Shown one piece after another: positions 59,861 through 64,000 of a stretch of DNA of 64,000 nt. How positions within the stretch are numbered: the stretch's first letter is position 1; each line of letters opens with the position of its first letter. The translations under genes were made by a program, and so were the position numbers. Location: sequence record OL780484.1, one strand, 5' to 3'. This stretch comes from Escherichia phage vB_EcoM-E33. The notes below the pieces were generated by a model. That model saw only the letters and a program-made list of their open reading frames with translations. It searched no databases and had not been told where the DNA came from.

Positions 59861-61133
59861 CTAAAGGCGGTAATTTTACGCCGAGATAAGAACTCAATTG
59901 ACTTTGATTAGCCATTTTGTCCATATCAGAACCATCAATAATGCGGGCTTCTTTATCGTCCTTAGCGACGGTATAAGGGTTTGCAGTCAATGCATAACGA
60001 GCAAGCAATGCTACTGTAGGTTGTAAGCTTTCCGGGTCAACAATAACCTTAAATTCACCAACTGAAGTATCACCTTCTTCGTCAACCACATTCAAACCTT
60101 CCGTATAAGGCGCATAATATAAAGATGCGACCGTCTGTCCTTCACCCATCTGGGCATTTACACCAACAATAACATAATCACATGGACTATTCATATCAGC
60201 ATAAAGTGGTAGGCCATTCTTTAATATACCATAAGCCAATTCGTCCTGGTCTTCCTTTTTCTCAACCCAACCAGAGGCGGCGAGAATAGCAGCACAACGA
60301 GAACTAGCTACTGCATAAGTCCCGGCAAAAGAAGTCTGTCGTTGGACGGCAGAGTTCATCTCACACATATAATAATATAATGTGCGAGCACGGTCCTGGG
60401 CATTATCGTAGCGAGGGTTGGTAAGGTCTAATACACCCTTTTCAGAAACACCCCGGACTTTAAAACGAGAGCTCACGGTAATTAATGACTGTAATACATC
60501 CTTATTAATTTCTTCTGCCATTTGAATGCCTAGCAGATTTTCAACGAAATTAGGAGCATTAAACCCGTTAGATTCTAGGTCTTGGGCTAATTCGACTGTC
60601 AATGAAGTTTTCAGTTTACGTGATTTAACTTCAGATTGCCATTTGTCGATACGGAATCCGGTTTCAGCAATTTCAGGATGGCCTTGTTCAAATTTAGAAG
60701 TAATAGCAGCATCCGACACCATACGGATATGGCCGGCTGCCACTGCTTCAGAAATAACTTCGCTGAGGTTGGTTTCTGTGGTTCCGGCGAAAGGAGATGC
60801 TTCTAGAACTTTAAACACTACGCTTTCAAACTGGAACATATCACCGACCGCATAAGCTGTAGATGAATCAGTAAATTCTGGAATATTTTCACGTTCCGTC
60901 ATACCAATCTGGCCCGCAAATGTTGCTCCACCAAGATAAGTCATTTTGTCGTCAGGATTCAGTACACGTACCCCATACAGAGCAGCAACCGGTTGATTTG
61001 TTTTTTGTTCAGCAACTAGGGCTTTAAAGATTCGTTTATTAGTTGCTTGGGTGTATGAAAGAAGAGCAGGACGGCCAACCGAGCTGGCAGCCGTCAATGT
61101 GGATTCTTTAATTAGGTCTACAATCTTAGACAT
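59853..61133 (-). CDS. gp24-like head vertex protein, paralog A (426 aa)
   Basis: about 55-60 percent identical by eye to the adjacent gp24; shared blocks RKLKT-LTVELAQD-ESNGF-AP-F, EINKDVLQSLITVS, ANPYTVAKDDKEAR. Confidence 0.75.
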   Translation of the reverse strand: MSKIVDLIKESTLTAASSVGRPALLSYTQATNKRIFKALVAEQKTNQPVAALYGVRVLNPDDKMTYLGGATFAGQIGMTERENIPEFTDSSTAYAVGDMFQFESVVFKVLEASPFAGTTETNLSEVISEAVAAGHIRMVSDAAITSKFEQGHPEIAETGFRIDKWQSEVKSRKLKTSLTVELAQDLESNGFNAPNFVENLLGIQMAEEINKDVLQSLITVSSRFKVRGVSEKGVLDLTNPRYDNAQDRARTLYYYMCEMNSAVQRQTSFAGTYAVASSRCAAILAASGWVEKKEDQDELAYGILKNGLPLYADMNSPCDYVIVGVNAQMGEGQTVASLYYAPYTEGLNVVDEEGDTSVGEFKVIVDPESLQPTVALLARYALTANPYTVAKDDKEARIIDGSDMDKMANQSQLSSYLGVKLPPLEK

Positions 61134-62416
61134 TAATCAGCCTCGTAAATAATTGCCGGAAGTTTAACGCCAACCAGATAAGACATATTGCTCTGTCCAG
61201 CCATTAAATCCATATTGGTTGCATCGATAACACGAGCTTCTTTATCGTCTTTAGCCACGGTGTACGGGTTAGCTGATAGTGCATAACGAACCATCAGAGA
61301 AATAGAAGGTTGTAATGAATCCGGGTCAACAATAACCTTATAAGCACCGACGTGTTCTTGGTCATCTAAATCTAAGCCTTCGGTATAGGGAGCGTAGAAA
61401 ATAGAACCGACAACTTCATTACCGCCGTAATTCTCTTTAACACCAACGGTAACATAATCTAATGGACTGTTAACGTCACAAAACAGAGGCAGACCATTCA
61501 ACAAATATCCGTATGCAGTTTCCGGAAGCCAATTATTATCTTCGGGTTTATGTTTTAACCAGCCAGAACCTGCAAGCATTGCAGCCACACGACTTGAAGC
61601 CACAACAAACGTGCCAGAATAAGAAGTAGTTTTCTGGATTTCAGAATTCATCTCACAAACGAGTTCATAAAGTTTACGTGCAGATTCAGGAGCACTGTCA
61701 TAAGACAAATCGATGATGCCGTTATCAGATACACCAGTAACTTTATAACGTTTGGATACGGTTATTAGAGATTGCAGAACGTCTTTATTAATTTCATCTG
61801 CCATTACTGTAGCCAAGAGGTCTTCTAAGAACGCCGGCGCGTCAAAGCCATTTGATTCCATATCCTGCGCTAATTCTACAGTCAAAGCCGTCTTCAATTT
61901 ACGGGTCTTAACCGGAGCATTCCATTTATTAACCTGGAATACAGCATCAGAGATTTCTACATCACTCGCTTCAAATTTAGTGGTATGGGCAGCATCAGGA
62001 ACCAGACGACATGTTAATGACACTAAACCTTCTTGAAGAGCATCAGCCAATTCTGTGGCGCTAGTGGACGCGAGTGGGCTTGCTTTAAGAGCCTTATAAA
62101 CCACATTCTGGTACTTGAAATATTCACCCTGAGCAATCGCCTGGGCCTTATCTGTGAGTTCTGGGATAGTTTCACGGTCTTTAGAACCAACTTCACCACC
62201 ATAAGAGGCACCTGTCTGGAAACTAAATTCATTATCAGGGGTAAGATATTTGACACCATACAGTGCAGCAATAGGCTGGCTAGTACGTTGTTCGGCGATA
62301 ATATCACGGTAAATCAATTTGGTTGTAGCACGGGTCAAAGCAACAAGATTAGGGCGACCCAATGAGTTGCTGGAAGTAGTTGTTGACTCGCGCAGTAATT
62401 CGTTAATCTTTGCCAT
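61133..62416 (-). CDS. 24: gp24 head vertex protein (427 aa), closest to T4 gp24
   Basis: N-terminus MAKINELLRESTTT-SNS-GRPNLVALTRATTKLIY and long collinear similarity to remembered T4 gp24. Confidence 0.9.
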   Translation of the reverse strand: MAKINELLRESTTTSSNSLGRPNLVALTRATTKLIYRDIIAEQRTSQPIAALYGVKYLTPDNEFSFQTGASYGGEVGSKDRETIPELTDKAQAIAQGEYFKYQNVVYKALKASPLASTSATELADALQEGLVSLTCRLVPDAAHTTKFEASDVEISDAVFQVNKWNAPVKTRKLKTALTVELAQDMESNGFDAPAFLEDLLATVMADEINKDVLQSLITVSKRYKVTGVSDNGIIDLSYDSAPESARKLYELVCEMNSEIQKTTSYSGTFVVASSRVAAMLAGSGWLKHKPEDNNWLPETAYGYLLNGLPLFCDVNSPLDYVTVGVKENYGGNEVVGSIFYAPYTEGLDLDDQEHVGAYKVIVDPDSLQPSISLMVRYALSANPYTVAKDDKEARVIDATNMDLMAGQSNMSYLVGVKLPAIIYEAD

Positions 62417-62444
62417 TGCGCTTTCCTTATTGAGGGTATATGTT

Positions 62445-62452
62445 TATTTATA
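62445..62452 (-). promoter_or_regulatory. late promoter TATAAATA for gene 24
   Basis: plus-strand TATTTATA about 28 nt upstream of the gp24 ATG. Confidence 0.55.
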
Positions 62453-62458
62453 AAAGTT

Positions 62459-62488
62459 GTTTACAGCAAGATTCTCACATGTTACTAT
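62459..62488 (+). promoter_or_regulatory. T4-type early promoter on the opposite strand, abutting the gene 24 late promoter
   Basis: GTTTACA, 17 nt, TACTAT, then TATAGACATATCAAAACATGAGGAG. Confidence 0.5.
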
Positions 62489-62517
62489 AGACATATCAAA
62501 ACATGAGGAGATTAAAA

Positions 62518-62784
62518 ATGAACAAGTTAAACTTTATTCGTACTACTCTTTCCGCTCTTGATAAAGACATCAAAGCTCTGGTAGAAAAATTCGGTAACAA
62601 TCCTAATGGTAATGCAGTGAATGCCTTAGTTAAGAAATACGAAGCCATGGCTTATGCTACCGACTTCTGGTGGAACGGTGAATACTCTACCCATACCAAA
62701 GACAAATCTGGTAACTGGCTGAAAATCCAAGAAAATCGTATTGACTTCCGTGATATCATCAACCGCCGAGTTAAGATTGCATAA
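62518..62784 (+). CDS. hypothetical protein, 88 aa, between genes 24 and 23 where T4 has segD
   Basis: ATG after GAGGAGATTAAAA. Confidence 0.5.
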   Translation: MNKLNFIRTTLSALDKDIKALVEKFGNNPNGNAVNALVKKYEAMAYATDFWWNGEYSTHTKDKSGNWLKIQENRIDFRDIINRRVKIA

Positions 62785-62799
62785 TACAGAAACAAGAAT

Positions 62800-62817
62800 G
62801 GGAGACCGAAGTCTCCC
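62800..62817 (-). terminator. terminator hairpin downstream of gene 23 on the minus strand (gggagac-UUCG-gtctccc)
   Basis: hairpin 17 nt after the gp23 stop, followed on the minus strand by a U-rich tract. Confidence 0.5.
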
Positions 62818-62833
62818 ATAATAAGGTTATATC

Positions 62834-64000
62834 TTAGATACCTTTAACATATACGCGACGGAAGTAACCATTCAGACCAAGGCTGTTAACGATGTCAGGC
62901 ATACCATTCTGGATACGTTTGGTAGGAGCCTGAGCAGCAGGGTCAGCGAACGGGTTGATACCGATACCGTAACGAGTTTTGAAGCCCATTACCGGTTGGA
63001 AGTTCTTCGGATCGGAACCACGCAGCGGGGTCAGTGCAACGTACGGAGCATAGTAGATACCTGCGTCCATTTCGTTAGCGCCTTTATAACCGATGGTGAA
63101 GTAATCGGAACGTGCATACTGGTCGATGTAAACGCGATATTTACCACCAAGAACACCGGCAAATACTGCTTTGGTTGTGTCAACGTTGAAACCTTGACCC
63201 AGACCTTGAGCTGCATAACTTACAGAAGTATCAACTGCAGCCAGTACGTTAACTACGTTACGGGAAGCGATGATGAAGTTACCAGCACCACGACCGGTCT
63301 GACGAGCGATTTCGGCTGCTTCTTTATCAATCTGGAACAGAAGGGCTTTAAAGCTCTCACCGGCCCAACGAGCACCACGGATATCAATCGGGTCCTGGAA
63401 GTCAAACACACCAGCTTTAGCGCCAACGGTGTTGGTCATACCAGATTTACCAACCTGTGCAGAGTAGTTAATCCAATCGATAACTTCACGGTTGATTTCG
63501 AGCATAATTTCGGTAGCAAGGATACCGGACAGTTCAGCATCTGCATCCATACCGTGTACTGCACGAAGGTCCTGTGCCAGTTCGATAGAGTAGCTTGCTT
63601 TCAGCTGACGGGATTTAGCTTCGATAACTTGTTTGTCGATGCGGAAGCCCATTTCGTTCCACGGGTTATCGGTAGAACCGTTAAAGCCTTCCTGAAGTTC
63701 GGCGATAGAAGTAGCCATACCTTCAGCCAATTCAGCCAACTTACCAGCTTCAATCAAAGCGGTAACAGCAGCATCCAGTTTAGCGGCATCAGTAGCAGCA
63801 GCATCAACGGTTACGGCTTCAACAGCCTGGAAGTGTGCAGCACCGGTAGCTTCGAAGAAGTGAGAATAAATTTTACCAACTTCCAGAACTTTGCTTGCCG
63901 CCAGTGCTTCGAAAGTTTCAGCAGCACCCTGACCAGAGAACATAGCGTCTGGAGAATACATCGGATGGAAAGCTTCTTTAGCGCCAGAAGCGATAGGGTC
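62834..64000 (-). CDS. 23: gp23 major capsid protein, C-terminal part (5-prime end of the gene lies beyond the window)
   Basis: ORF open to the window edge; codon usage of a highly expressed gene; C-terminus GYFRRVYVKGI. Confidence 0.85.
   Translation of the reverse strand, partial: DPIASGAKEAFHPMYSPDAMFSGQGAAETFEALAASKVLEVGKIYSHFFEATGAAHFQAVEAVTVDAAATDAAKLDAAVTALIEAGKLAELAEGMATSIAELQEGFNGSTDNPWNEMGFRIDKQVIEAKSRQLKASYSIELAQDLRAVHGMDADAELSGILATEIMLEINREVIDWINYSAQVGKSGMTNTVGAKAGVFDFQDPIDIRGARWAGESFKALLFQIDKEAAEIARQTGRGAGNFIIASRNVVNVLAAVDTSVSYAAQGLGQGFNVDTTKAVFAGVLGGKYRVYIDQYARSDYFTIGYKGANEMDAGIYYAPYVALTPLRGSDPKNFQPVMGFKTRYGIGINPFADPAAQAPTKRIQNGMPDIVNSLGLNGYFRRVYVKGI

Overview
This window is a contiguous, densely coded segment of a T4-like (T-even type) myovirus genome, in inverted orientation relative to the conventional T4 map. 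Gene calls are by remembered similarity to T4 proteins and by T4 synteny; no database search was run. Left to right: an early cluster (ndd, stp, ac, gp52 topoisomerase subunit, motA, asiA); holin t and the long-tail-fiber operon on the minus strand (gp38 glycine-rich adhesin of the T2 type, gp37, gp36, gp35, gp34); rnh-dsbA-33-59-32; nucleotide metabolism (frd, intronless td, nrdA, intronless nrdB, denA, rnlA, alc); a spanin pair; pnk; cd; gp31; rIII; a block of small 30.x-type genes including a NADAR-like and a HAD-like protein; DNA ligase gp30; three tandem Alt-type ADP-ribosyltransferase paralogs; the baseplate hub operon gp54-48-29-28-27-51 (minus); gp26-gp25-uvsY; uvsW; inh-hoc; rnlB; two tandem gp24 vertex-protein paralogs; and the 3-prime part of gp23. 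No tRNA, rRNA, CRISPR array, transposase or homing endonuclease gene was recognised. The most notable departures from the T4 layout are the three-gene Alt array, the gp24 duplication, a small early gene in the slot T4 fills with segD, and early-promoter/stem-loop cassettes flanking small accessory ORFs. I could not identify a clearly new multi-gene system with confidence; the candidates are listed as findings.
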